A program made the translations under genes and the position numbers. The notes beneath the pieces were generated by a model. It had not been told where the DNA came from. It made no database searches and saw only the letters and a list, made by a program, of their open reading frames with translations. 64,000 bases of DNA from Pseudomonadota bacterium (lineage in GTDB: Bacteria > Bdellovibrionota_B > Oligoflexia > Oligoflexales > CAIYRB01): positions 16,107 to 80,106 of the forward strand of contig JANOTL010000188.1 of NCBI GenBank assembly GCA_031416315.1, written 5' to 3'. Of the stretch, positions 31,001-39,591 are shown piece after piece. The first letter of the stretch is position 1, and each line of letters opens with the position of its first letter.

Positions 31001-31681
31001 GAAAAGCGCCTCTTCGGTCTCACCCACTTCGCTCCAGGCGATGTCGAGGTAGCCTTTGCCCGCCGTAACGTCGTAGATGCCGTCGCGCGTCCGCAGGCGT
31101 CCGGCCCCGGTCCACTCGTCGAGCTCTCCGTCGACGACCGGCGACCCGTTCGAGCGCTCGGCGGCGCCGAGCGAGGGCAACGACTCCGCCTCGACGAGGA
31201 CCCTGTAAGGCACGAAGGGGGAGCCGTCCCCGAACAAGCGCTCCGCCACGACCGCGGCGGCGGGCGCATACGCCGAAGGATCGAGGCTATAAGCGAAGCT
31301 CCGCACGGGTCCGCGCGCACCGTCCTTGTCCACGATCGCGGTCAGCACGAACGGCGGCCGCAGATCCAGCGGACTCTGGTAGAGCGTCAGCTCCGCTTCC
31401 GCGGTGTCCGCCGCGAACGCGTGCAGCGCGTAGAGAATTTTGGCCCCGGGCTCGGCCAGGAGCTCGAGGAGCACGTGACCGCGCATCGGCCCCGGCGCGA
31501 CCGTCGCCAGCACGTCGCGTGAGCCGAGCCCGACGGCGGAGAGAAGGGGAGGGTGCGCAAGCTCCTCAGGTAAGCTCGCACGACTCGGCGGTAGGCCCGT
31601 GCGGACGTCCGTCGGTCCGCAGGCGGCGGCCAGCGTAAGTCCGAGGATGACCAGAGGCTTTTCGAGGCGTAGAAATAGCAT
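28049..31681 (-). CDS. Large lipoprotein with M1/gluzincin-like metallopeptidase domain, a duplicated degenerate copy, and DxDxDG Ca-binding repeats
   Basis: Lipobox AAAC, AHELAH...WLQEGMSE, YEKS and DTDGDG. The second half repeats the same architecture. Confidence 0.8.
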   Translation of the reverse strand: MLFLRLEKPLVILGLTLAAACGPTDVRTGLPPSRASLPEELAHPPLLSAVGLGSRDVLATVAPGPMRGHVLLELLAEPGAKILYALHAFAADTAEAELTLYQSPLDLRPPFVLTAIVDKDGARGPVRSFAYSLDPSAYAPAAAVVAERLFGDGSPFVPYRVLVEAESLPSLGAAERSNGSPVVDGELDEWTGAGRLRTRDGIYDVTAGKGYLDIAWSEVGETEEALFVAWALRETPKVADGVVYGFEVGPSNIGLSSFGTGAEFRYRAEIDGGKLRLYAPKSGEEVALSAGSVAAFGVSGVELKLLRSDLPLLEADAVELTARTYTSERGPSYTLSDRMQPVFLRSRFTLVRQKAAAPNAAIDLTFLQPVAGDLGDASLASSYLALAEPLVRELEAVNQIPFYERGTFPLYFVDKEENGYAGLNTTDRGMLTTIGQNTSLMSRVQLLAHELAHFQNARASKITARWLQEGMSEWSSERVLYRHFPRRAVHKYLRKIRFDRYFDTLGGELDDFALDTWGGEVARAGYEKSLMFFDMLETIVGQGALVKAFQLGVNVEMGSLVFQRFLERESGKDLGPVFKHWVFPGTPEPAYDPRALFGDSDADDLSLLDERAIGTDPAKRDTDGDGDLDSEEFFRGQDPLASRLDPEGALRGRAEPELASNFGASTDTSAFFRLAGDPEASWTWSLDPFAATPEQPYALPKALRPPFTVRLQGKLRDSSSAVTSATRGLYVGGALVPTPAPTVAILPPAPRQTITFSPAITLPALPYSSAPDVADDLPRELSPYDLTSARATVEASAVTIVFETRAAPDLYGSDGTYQAIFQSIDWVTSSPILKRHHAFVLASGEPYFSTLVGETETATRLDKGVTVTYSKDQIVVRLDRALLEDWLATSGVHQACLSSELTLEANVQVTDRGPCVDLTNTVRRAMVPDAFGLGPHAVDLTSEGVSAPRREAILKLAATAIVQFETVLARPLFERHHWPLRVKLRDGGATDAAANAFAGAYLTIDRAVSDATIDYLVVEQLARLVVADLLENQGSAPYWVQEMFIQWLTSAALYRMYPSREVHAFHAGRLEDLKCYLGEDPVCADFYGQDTVLSRWDFSTLDSTGSVRSLLFALELDALVGTEAMARAMSLYANEVPSAERLLSVLKGYAPAEAQLLTELFASYVFGTASLPADQARVLAGLTDADGDGLYVVEETKLGTSDASPDPYLQ

Positions 31682-31756
31682 GAGCTAGCCTGCATTTTCT
31701 GTTACAAACGTCCGATCTCTTTGCCTATTTCCGCAAACCCAGCCTGAGGTGCTCCC

Positions 31757-33709
31757 ATGTCCGCTGCGAAAGAAGTCACCGTTAGCCTTCCTGATGGCTC
31801 GAAGCGTCAGTATCCGGCAGGGACAAGCTTCGGCGACGTGGCCCTGAGCATCGGCCCCGGCTTGGCCCGTGCAGCCTTGGGCGCCATTGTCGACGGCGAC
31901 GATGGCAAAGAAGATCTGAAAGATATGATGCAGCCTCTCGAGCGCGATACGAAGCTGAAATTCGTGACCGCGAAGGACCCGAAGTCGGTCGAGATCGTGC
32001 GCCACACCGCGGCCCACGTTCTGGCGATGGCCGTGCAGAAGCTTTGGCCCGGAACTCAGGTCACGATCGGCCCCGTGATCGAGGCCGGCTTCTTCTACGA
32101 CTTCGCCTTTCCGGAAGGCGTGAAGATCAATGAAGGCGACTTCGAGAAGATCGAGGCCGAGATGGCCGCGATCATCAAGGCCGACGTGCCGCTCAAGCGC
32201 GACCTTGTATCGCGCGCCGATGCGATCTCCACCTTCAAGGGCCTCAAAGAGGCGTTCAAGGTCGAGATCATCCAGGACCTGCCGGAGTCCGCGCCGATCT
32301 CCCTCTACAAGATGGGCGACTGGTTCGATCTCTGCCGTGGCCCGCACGTCCCGTCGACCGGGAAAATTGGCGCCATCAAACTGACCTCAGTCGCCGGCGC
32401 CTATTGGCGCGGAGACGAGAAAAACCCAATGTTGACGCGAATTTATGGCGTCGCCTTCAACAACAAGAAGGAGCTCGAGGAGCACATGACCAAGCTGGAG
32501 GAAGCGCGCAAGCGCGACCACCGGGTCTTGGGCAAGCAGCTCGGCCTCTTCAGCTTCCACAAGGAAGCGCCGGCAAACGCCTTCTTCCATCCGAACGGCG
32601 CCTTCCTCTATCAGTCGCTGATGTCTTTCATGCGCAAATCGAACCGCGAATTCAACTACGAGGAAGTGAACACGCCCCTGATGATGAACGTGGAGCTCTG
32701 GCACAAGTCGGGCCACTACGAGAACTACCGCGAGAACATGTACTTCACGAAGGTCGACGACACCGACGCTGCGATCAAGCCGATGAACTGCCCCGGGCAT
32801 TGCCTCGTGTACGCGACCACGCGCCACAGCTACCGCGAACTCCCGTTGCGCCTGAGCGAGTTCGGCCGCGTGCATCGCCACGAGCGGAGCGGCGTGACGC
32901 ACGGTCTCTTCCGCGTCCGCACCTTCGTTCAGGACGACGCGCACATCTTCTGCACGCCTGAGCAGATCGGGGACGAGATCGCGCAAGTCCTGAAGCAGAT
33001 CGACGGCGTCTACTCCGCGCTCGGCTTCGGCCGCTACCGCATGGAGCTCTCGACGCGCCCGGCGAAATCCATCGGCAGCGACGAGATGTGGGCCGCTGCG
33101 GAGGAGGCGCTGAAGAAGGCGCTCGACGCCAGCGGCAAGGAATACCGGCTCAACCCGGGCGACGGCGCCTTCTACGGCCCGAAGATCGACTTCCACCTGA
33201 TCGACGCCATCGACCGCAGCTGGCAGTGCGGCACCGTGCAGCTCGACTTCTCGATGCCCGGCCGCTTCGATCTCGAGTACCAGGGCGGCGACGACAAGGC
33301 GCACACGCCGGTGATGATCCACCGCGCCGTACTCGGCAGCCTCGAGCGTTTCCTCGGCATCTTCATCGAGCACTACGCCGGCCACTTCCCGCTGTGGATC
33401 GCGCCGACGCAGGTGCGCGTGATCAACGTCGCGAAGGACCAAGAGGAATACGCCAAAGGCGTCGTCAAAGCCATGAAGGACGCGGGGATGCGCGCCGAGG
33501 GCGATCACCGCAACGAGACGCTCAACTACAGGATCCGCGACGCGCAGCTCGCCAAGATTCCGTACATGATCGTCATCGGCGACAAAGAGAAGCAGGCCGG
33601 CACGGTCAGCGCTCGTCACCACGACGGCCAGCAGCTCCCGGCCCAGGCGACCGCCGACTTCATTAACTTCGTCCGCAACGACTGCGGCGCGCAGTGGGGC
33701 CTGAATTGA
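31757..33709 (+). CDS. thrS: Threonine--tRNA ligase
   Basis: TGS domain, [40 protein letters not shown]. Confidence 0.99.
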   Translation: MSAAKEVTVSLPDGSKRQYPAGTSFGDVALSIGPGLARAALGAIVDGDDGKEDLKDMMQPLERDTKLKFVTAKDPKSVEIVRHTAAHVLAMAVQKLWPGTQVTIGPVIEAGFFYDFAFPEGVKINEGDFEKIEAEMAAIIKADVPLKRDLVSRADAISTFKGLKEAFKVEIIQDLPESAPISLYKMGDWFDLCRGPHVPSTGKIGAIKLTSVAGAYWRGDEKNPMLTRIYGVAFNNKKELEEHMTKLEEARKRDHRVLGKQLGLFSFHKEAPANAFFHPNGAFLYQSLMSFMRKSNREFNYEEVNTPLMMNVELWHKSGHYENYRENMYFTKVDDTDAAIKPMNCPGHCLVYATTRHSYRELPLRLSEFGRVHRHERSGVTHGLFRVRTFVQDDAHIFCTPEQIGDEIAQVLKQIDGVYSALGFGRYRMELSTRPAKSIGSDEMWAAAEEALKKALDASGKEYRLNPGDGAFYGPKIDFHLIDAIDRSWQCGTVQLDFSMPGRFDLEYQGGDDKAHTPVMIHRAVLGSLERFLGIFIEHYAGHFPLWIAPTQVRVINVAKDQEEYAKGVVKAMKDAGMRAEGDHRNETLNYRIRDAQLAKIPYMIVIGDKEKQAGTVSARHHDGQQLPAQATADFINFVRNDCGAQWGLN

Positions 33710-35478
33710 GCCGTAAGATCCTCGTTGCCGTGGCATGGCCCTATGCCAACGGCCTTCAGCACATCGGTCACATCGCCGGCGCCTATCTGCCGCCGGACGT
33801 GTTCGCGCGGTATCAGCGCATGGTCGGCAATGAAGTGTTGATGGTCTCCGGCTCGGACACGCACGGGACCCCGGTGGCGCTCAAGGCCGAGGAAGAAAAG
33901 ACGACGCCGGCGAAAATCGTCGAGCGCTTCCACGGCAAGTTCATCGAGACCTATCTGAAGATGGGCCTCACCTTCGACCTGTTCACGCACACCCACACCG
34001 ACATCCACGAGAAACTGGTCCACGAGTTCTTCACCGACCTGCTCGAGAAGAAGTACCTCTACTCGTCGGCCTCGAAGCAGCTTTTCGACAAGAAAGCCGG
34101 CCGCTTCCTGCCCGACCGCTACATCGAGGGCGAATGCCCGCACTGCGGCTTCAAAGACGCCCGGGGCGACCAGTGCGACAATTGCGGCAAGACCTACGAG
34201 GCCATCGAGCTGAAAAGTCCGCGCTCGAAGATGACCGGCTCGACGGACCTCGAGATCCGCGACACCGAGCATTTCTTCGTCGACTTGGGCAAGCTCAACG
34301 ACTCTTTGCTCACGTGGATCTCGGCCCCCGACAAGGCGCATTGGCGCAAGCACGTCCTGAACTTCACCCGCGGCACCCTGGAGAAAAAGGAGCTGCGCGG
34401 CACTGCGATCACGCGCGACCTCGAGTGGGGGGTGACGATCCCCCTCCCCGACCCGGCCTATGCCAGTAAACGAATTTACGTTTGGTTCGAAGCCGTCATG
34501 GGCTACTTGTCCGCGGCGCAAGAATGGGCCCAAAGAGTCGGCAGGCCGGACGCCTGGAAGGGCTGGTGGGACGAGAAGGAGGGCGCGGACTCGCGCTCCT
34601 ACTACTTCATCGGCAAGGATAACATCACCTTCCACACCATCCATTGGCCCGGCTACCTGACGGCGAAGGGCGGCCTCAAGCTCCCCTATGACGTGCCCGC
34701 GAACGAATACCTGAACAGCTACGGCCGCAAGTTCTCGAAGAGCCGCGGGACCTCGATCACGGTGCTCGACGTGCTCGAGCGCTACCAGGCCGATGCCTGG
34801 CGCTACGCCCTAACGGCGCTCGCGCCCGAGACCTCTGACGTCGACTTCACTTGGGACGATTTCCTCGAGAAAGTGAACAACGAGCTCGTAGCGAACTGGG
34901 GCAACCTAGCAAACCGCATGCTCGGCTTCGGCTTCAAGCGCTACGACGGCAAGATCCCCGCGATCTCTGCCCCGCTCGACGCGGCCGACTCCGCGCTCCT
35001 TGCGGAGGTCGAGACCGGCTTCAAGACCGTGGGCGAGCTCTACGACACGGTCAAGCTCCGCTCGGCGCTGGAGGAGATCCGCCGCCTGAGCCAGCGCGTG
35101 AACCAGTACTTGAACGACAAGGCCCCCTGGACGACGATCAAGACCAATCCAGAGGCCGCTCAGACCTCGGTGTTCGTCGCCTTGCAATGCATCGAATGGC
35201 TGAAGACGATGTGGTCGCCGATTCTCCCGGAGTCGAGCCAGAAGATCCACGCGGCCTTAGGCGGCGAGGGTGAGCTCTTCGGCCGGCAGTTCACCGAGAC
35301 GGTCAGCGACTCGAAGGGCGAGCGCCAGATCCTGCGCTACGACCATTCGCAAGCGGTCGGCAAATGGGTCGCCACGAAACTCGTTCCAGGGACGGCGATG
35401 CGTCAGCCCGAGGCTCCGTTCAGAAAGCTGGACGAGCTCGCGGTTCAGGCGGAAGCAGGTCCGGTCGCGGCTCCGTGA
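33706..35478 (+). CDS. metG: Methionine--tRNA ligase (no C-terminal tRNA-binding domain)
   Basis: AWPYANG, HIGH, Zn knuckle CPHC..CDNC, YVWFEA, KFSKS. The TTG start overlaps the thrS TGA. Confidence 0.97.
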   Translation: MSRKILVAVAWPYANGLQHIGHIAGAYLPPDVFARYQRMVGNEVLMVSGSDTHGTPVALKAEEEKTTPAKIVERFHGKFIETYLKMGLTFDLFTHTHTDIHEKLVHEFFTDLLEKKYLYSSASKQLFDKKAGRFLPDRYIEGECPHCGFKDARGDQCDNCGKTYEAIELKSPRSKMTGSTDLEIRDTEHFFVDLGKLNDSLLTWISAPDKAHWRKHVLNFTRGTLEKKELRGTAITRDLEWGVTIPLPDPAYASKRIYVWFEAVMGYLSAAQEWAQRVGRPDAWKGWWDEKEGADSRSYYFIGKDNITFHTIHWPGYLTAKGGLKLPYDVPANEYLNSYGRKFSKSRGTSITVLDVLERYQADAWRYALTALAPETSDVDFTWDDFLEKVNNELVANWGNLANRMLGFGFKRYDGKIPAISAPLDAADSALLAEVETGFKTVGELYDTVKLRSALEEIRRLSQRVNQYLNDKAPWTTIKTNPEAAQTSVFVALQCIEWLKTMWSPILPESSQKIHAALGGEGELFGRQFTETVSDSKGERQILRYDHSQAVGKWVATKLVPGTAMRQPEAPFRKLDELAVQAEAGPVAAP

Positions 35479-35490
35479 GCCGGGCGGCGC

Positions 35491-35510
35491 GGGGGTTTTG
35501 GAAAACCCCC
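35491..35510. terminator. Perfect hairpin after metG (possible terminator, no U-tract)
   Basis: GGGGGTTTT-GG-AAAACCCCC, 12 nt after the metG stop. It overlaps the 3' end of the candidate ncRNA. Confidence 0.5.
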
Positions 35511-35665
35511 AGGGGATGCGATTGAGATGGGACTAGGGCGCCACCGAGCAAAGTGGCAGACAGGCTTCTTACAAGCCAGCGGCAAGGTAGGTTCGCACTG
35601 ACGGCTGGGCTCTTTTGAGGAGCCAGACTAGTGGCAAGTGGATTCGCATCCCCCGGTGATTTCCA
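35499..35665 (-). ncRNA. Candidate structured non-coding RNA (~167 nt; long closing stem, internal bubble, multi-hairpin head; possibly 6S-like)
   Basis: The termini pair (TGGAAA..GGGGGATGCGA / TCGCATCCCCT..TTTCCA). Inside are an ACTAG/CTAGT stem and four hairpins. G-U wobbles favour the minus strand, and a -10 TACTCT lies 6 nt upstream. Confidence 0.65.
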
Positions 35666-35864
35666 GATCCAAGAGTAAAGGGCTAGGCCCAAGGCAATAA
35701 ATCCATTCTCGCGCTTCCGATAAGTCTATGAATTTATTGACTTTGCAGGGCGCGCTGAACTGGCCTGGCGTGCCGCCGGCCAAGATCCGAATAAAATTTC
35801 AGTAACATTAGATGGTTGCGGATCATGCCGGGAACGACATGCAGTCGATGCGGCTCAATGCCGC

Positions 35865-38084
35865 TCACGCAGCCTGCGCGCTCACCGGCGCCTCGTAGAC
35901 GCGCTCGACCAGATTCGTGACTGAGCACTCGTAGATCCCGGGTCCCGTGACCTCGAGGACTTCGGCGAAAATCGGGCAATGGCACTCGAGCTTGAGGAGG
36001 CTTTCGCCACCCGCTTCGTACATGCCGATCAGTTTATAAACCGGAAGCGATTTAGCCTTGCCTTTCAGCTTGAAGTCGCCGGCCGGCGCGACGACCGCGT
36101 ACTGCTTGATGCGCTCGACGGTGGGCGCCGAGATCAGGATGTCGGTCTTCAGCTCTTTCGACAAGGACTCGATCCGCGCCGCGATGTTCACCGTGTCGCC
36201 GATGACCGTGTAGTCGATCCGGGTCGAGCTGCCGACGCCGCCGGCGATGACCCGACCGGCATGGATCCCGATGCCGATCGAGATCGCGAACTTTCCGGCT
36301 TCCTTCCTGCGCTGGTTGAAGAGGTGGAGCTCCTTACGCATCTGGACCGCGCAGCGCGCCGCCATCTCGGCGTCACGCTCCGTGCTCATGGGCGCGCCCC
36401 AGACCGCCATGATCGCGTCGCCGATGAACTTGTCGACGACGCCGCCGTGGGCGCTGATCACGTCGACCATGATGGTGAAATACTCGTTCAAAAGGCCGAC
36501 GACCTCTTCAGCCGGGAAGATCTCGGAAATCGTCGTGAAGCTGCGCACGTCGGTGAAGAGAATGGTGACGTCGCGCGATTGACCTTTGATCGTCTCCGGG
36601 CGCTCGAGCAGGCGGTCGACGACCTTGGGGTCGACGTGCTGGCGAAACTTCGTCTTGATCTGGTCCCTTTGCACGACGGTCGAGCCGAACTCGAACGCGG
36701 CGAGGCCCGCGAGGACGACGCAGAGCGCCAGGTCGTGGGAGAAGAGAACGATGCTCGACAGCGAGCCGCGCAGGAGGTTCAGCTCGATCGCGGAGAATAA
36801 GCCGAGCGAGAACAACATGAAGATGGATAGGAAGATCGAGGACAAGAGCCGCATGCGGCTTTTGCGGGTGTGCGCCAGAAAGAGCGTCGTGATCAGCGCG
36901 AGGCCGAGCGCGTAGGTCGCCGCGGCGATGCGCGTCCAAACGATGACGTGGCGCTTCAAAGCGAACAGTACGTCGGTGAAATACGGAAGGCCGAGGACCG
37001 TCACGACCAGCATGAAGAAGGCGAAACCCAGCGCCGCGTAGATCACGCGGTTGAAGATGGCGTTGTTTCGTCGGAAAAACCGCTCGACAAAAAGGACGAA
37101 TAAGAGCGATTCGGTGAAATCGATCACCGAGGCGACGTTGAACGCGTTGAACGTCAAGGGCGCCGCCATCTCGAAGTAGTCCGAATACAAGATGAGCTTG
37201 GCCGAGCTCGTGAACACGAACAGGCAGAAGACCATGTTTTCGAAGTTCTTCGACATGGCCAAGAATATGAAGCAGAAGATGAGACACACGGTAAGGCGGG
37301 GCAGGATGAACCAGAGGTAAAACGTCGTCTTCATCTCGCGGGCGGTGAACGCCAATGGCTCCAGGATCGAGCGTGGCCCGATCACGATCTCGCCGTAGTG
37401 CGAGAGACCCTGATAGGCGAGCTCGCCGGGCATGATCTTGAACGCCAGCGTGATCTGCCCCCGCTCGATGAAGCGGCGCGGGATCGTGATGTTGAGGAGG
37501 CTCTTGGAGCCGACGTCGACGAGCTCGCCGTCAATGTAGAACTCGTAACGATCGGCCCAGATGTAGACCGAGTGAAAGAGCGCCATTTCCTTCGCGATCA
37601 CCAGGTTCGCGGGCAGGGTGACCGTCGTCCGGTAGTAAACCGTCTGCCCTTTGACATAGTTTTGCAGCGGGAACTCGCGCTGCGGCAGGACGACCTGCTT
37701 CTGGAAGTTATCGGCCGGCCAGGCCGAGGTCACCTGGCAATCGAGCCAACCGCAGACCTGGCGGTCTTGGACCGGATCACCGAAGTAGGTGTCCCACTTG
37801 ACGCTCGACTTGGTCAGGTTGAAAACGGAAGGCGCCGAGTAGGCTGCCGGCGGCCAGTCGTCGTAGCGCGAGATGTAGCGTGTGAAGAAGAAGAGGATCG
37901 CGCACAGCACGAGCCAAGTGACGCCAACCGCGATCGCCGGGATGCGGGTCTCTTGACGGCGCGACGAGCGCACCTGACCGGAGCGCTCCAAATTGCTGAA
38001 CAGTTTCTGAACAAGACCGAAGCGCAGGAGGCCTTGGGCCGCACCCGCGCAGACGTCTTCGAGTTTTTGCGCGACCCATCCCAA
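35865..38084 (-). CDS. Membrane-bound class III adenylate cyclase with extracellular domain and ~7 TM segments
   Basis: TILFTDVRSFT, VDKFIGDAIM, IGIHAG, IDYTVIGDTVNIAARIE. The Lys/Asp specificity residues indicate ATP. The start codon is uncertain. Confidence 0.92.
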   Translation of the reverse strand: MGWVAQKLEDVCAGAAQGLLRFGLVQKLFSNLERSGQVRSSRRQETRIPAIAVGVTWLVLCAILFFFTRYISRYDDWPPAAYSAPSVFNLTKSSVKWDTYFGDPVQDRQVCGWLDCQVTSAWPADNFQKQVVLPQREFPLQNYVKGQTVYYRTTVTLPANLVIAKEMALFHSVYIWADRYEFYIDGELVDVGSKSLLNITIPRRFIERGQITLAFKIMPGELAYQGLSHYGEIVIGPRSILEPLAFTAREMKTTFYLWFILPRLTVCLIFCFIFLAMSKNFENMVFCLFVFTSSAKLILYSDYFEMAAPLTFNAFNVASVIDFTESLLFVLFVERFFRRNNAIFNRVIYAALGFAFFMLVVTVLGLPYFTDVLFALKRHVIVWTRIAAATYALGLALITTLFLAHTRKSRMRLLSSIFLSIFMLFSLGLFSAIELNLLRGSLSSIVLFSHDLALCVVLAGLAAFEFGSTVVQRDQIKTKFRQHVDPKVVDRLLERPETIKGQSRDVTILFTDVRSFTTISEIFPAEEVVGLLNEYFTIMVDVISAHGGVVDKFIGDAIMAVWGAPMSTERDAEMAARCAVQMRKELHLFNQRRKEAGKFAISIGIGIHAGRVIAGGVGSSTRIDYTVIGDTVNIAARIESLSKELKTDILISAPTVERIKQYAVVAPAGDFKLKGKAKSLPVYKLIGMYEAGGESLLKLECHCPIFAEVLEVTGPGIYECSVTNLVERVYEAPVSAQAA

Positions 38085-38105
38085 TGCAGCGTCCGTTCAG
38101 GAGAC

Positions 38106-39467
38106 TTACGGCCGCGCCGAACGCGCCTTCGCGTCGAGGTAGCCTCTGAGCGCGTCCGAGAAGTCATTGGCGTCGTTGCCGATGGCGTCGAAGATTTCCT
38201 TGAAGTCGATGGTCTGGTAGCCCAGGCCCTTTTTGTCGGACGTGTAGAGGAGGCCGATGTTCTGCACGTTGAGCCCGACGTACTTCTCGGTCGGCGAGTC
38301 GATCTTGATGCGGCTCAGGATCGTCGGATCGTTGGTGATGTACTCGAGGCCCGATTTGCAGGCTTCCATGAAGACGATCGGGAAGTACATGCCGAGCTTC
38401 GGATCGCGCCCGCCGACGCGCTGGATCATCTGAAGGTATTCCTTCTTGCTGATGCCGACCGGCTCGAGGGGGACCGGTGACTTGGCGACCTGATCTTTCA
38501 TGAGAACCGTGTCGATCTCGTCGAGGATGGGGTTGTCCATCTTGTCGGCGTCGAGGATGGGATTGTCCATCTTGTCGGCGTCGAGGATGGGATTGTCCAT
38601 CTTGTCGGCGTCGAGGCCGACGACGTTCTGCCCGTCAGCCGCGGCGACCTGGGTGCCGGCGGGCGGCGCCTTGCCGACGACCGAGCGCCACACTTCCTCG
38701 TCGGGCATGTTGCGGACGTCGACCGAAAGGTGCGGGGCGACGGCCATGTCGCGTGAGCCGTGCGACTTCGTGATCATGACGTAGCGATAGCCGCCGCTCG
38801 GGAAGAACTCCATCACCTTGTCGATAGCCTTCTTGAACACGAGGCTCGAGCTCAGCGGCTGCGCGAGGAGGCGGAAATCCGGGAACGCGTAGTAAGACAG
38901 CGTGCCCTGCTCTTTGCGCTGACCCGGGAGGCAGTAGTCGAAATTGAGCGTGCGCTCCGGATCCTGCGTCCTGCCGGCGCGAGGGATGCTCGGCGCATCG
39001 CTACCGAAGTTACGGAAGATGATGAGGCCCATGTCATAGCGGCTGTTCTGCAGGCACACGGAGCGAGTCAGATAGCGAACGTCCTCGTCGACCGTGCGGC
39101 GGAAGCCGCTCCAGTCATCGGACACGCGCGTGACGATCTTGCCAAGCTTGGTCTTTTCGTTGGCGTTGGTCTTGTCGCTCGCGATCCCGGATCTCAGCTT
39201 CGCAAGCAGCGCGTCCTTGTTCACGCTGGCGAAGTCGTCGTCCGTCGGCGCATACGTGTCGTTCACGTAGTAGACGAGAACGACCTTCTTCGCGCGGATG
39301 GCGGGATCGTCGATCAGCTGTGGCGAGCTCATTGCTTGGCCGGCCTGCAGATCCTTGAGCTCGGCGCTCTGCGGCGGCGGCGTGCTTTGACGCGCTTTGC
39401 ACGCAGAAACCAAGCCGACGACGACAGCGACTCGTACGAAATTTTTGAACACGACGGACATCCACAT
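38106..39467 (-). CDS. Clostripain-like (clan CD, C11-like) cysteine peptidase lipoprotein with tandem peptide repeats
   Basis: Lipobox VSAC. VVLVYYVND, FPSGGYRYVMITKSHG and IVFMEAC parallel the clostripain motifs VMVYM.ADN, YPA..Y.LILW.HG and FDAC. Confidence 0.7.
   Translation of the reverse strand: MWMSVVFKNFVRVAVVVGLVSACKARQSTPPPQSAELKDLQAGQAMSSPQLIDDPAIRAKKVVLVYYVNDTYAPTDDDFASVNKDALLAKLRSGIASDKTNANEKTKLGKIVTRVSDDWSGFRRTVDEDVRYLTRSVCLQNSRYDMGLIIFRNFGSDAPSIPRAGRTQDPERTLNFDYCLPGQRKEQGTLSYYAFPDFRLLAQPLSSSLVFKKAIDKVMEFFPSGGYRYVMITKSHGSRDMAVAPHLSVDVRNMPDEEVWRSVVGKAPPAGTQVAAADGQNVVGLDADKMDNPILDADKMDNPILDADKMDNPILDEIDTVLMKDQVAKSPVPLEPVGISKKEYLQMIQRVGGRDPKLGMYFPIVFMEACKSGLEYITNDPTILSRIKIDSPTEKYVGLNVQNIGLLYTSDKKGLGYQTIDFKEIFDAIGNDANDFSDALRGYLDAKARSARP
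38520..38616. repeat. Tandem 30-bp repeat x3.2 encoding (LDADKMDNPI)3-LD
   Basis: Units at 38521, 38551 and 38581 are TCGAGGATGGG(G/A)TTGTCCATCTTGTCGGCG, with one synonymous difference. Confidence 0.97.
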
Positions 39468-39509
39468 ACCCCGCGCTGCCAGGAACGATTTCTAGGGTCT
39501 CTGGGGGGC

Positions 39510-39536
39510 CTATCGTCGCGGCTCGCGCAGACCTTA
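39510..39536 (-). promoter_or_regulatory. Possible sigma28-type promoter of the peptidase-cyclase operon
   Basis: Minus strand TAAG-N15-GACGATAG, 42 nt upstream of ATG 39467; two mismatches in the -10. Confidence 0.45.
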
Positions 39537-39591
39537 GCCGAAGGGCGCGACGGATGGTGCAAGCTTCTGGAATTACAGGTGGATACGAAGA

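Noticed and set aside
35499..35665. Structured region as tRNA, tmRNA or retron msr-msd
   Set aside because: There is no proper T-arm/anticodon cloverleaf, it is too short for tmRNA, and there is no reverse transcriptase in the window.
35698..35805. TAAA-N14-TCCGATAA sigma28-like motif and a 25-codon ORF (MNLLTLQG...) downstream
   Set aside because: The spacing is off by one, there is no SD, and the ORF is very short with atypical codons; support is insufficient.
38520..38616. 30-bp direct repeats as a possible CRISPR array
   Set aside because: The units are contiguous with no spacers, lie in frame within a CDS, and no cas genes are present.
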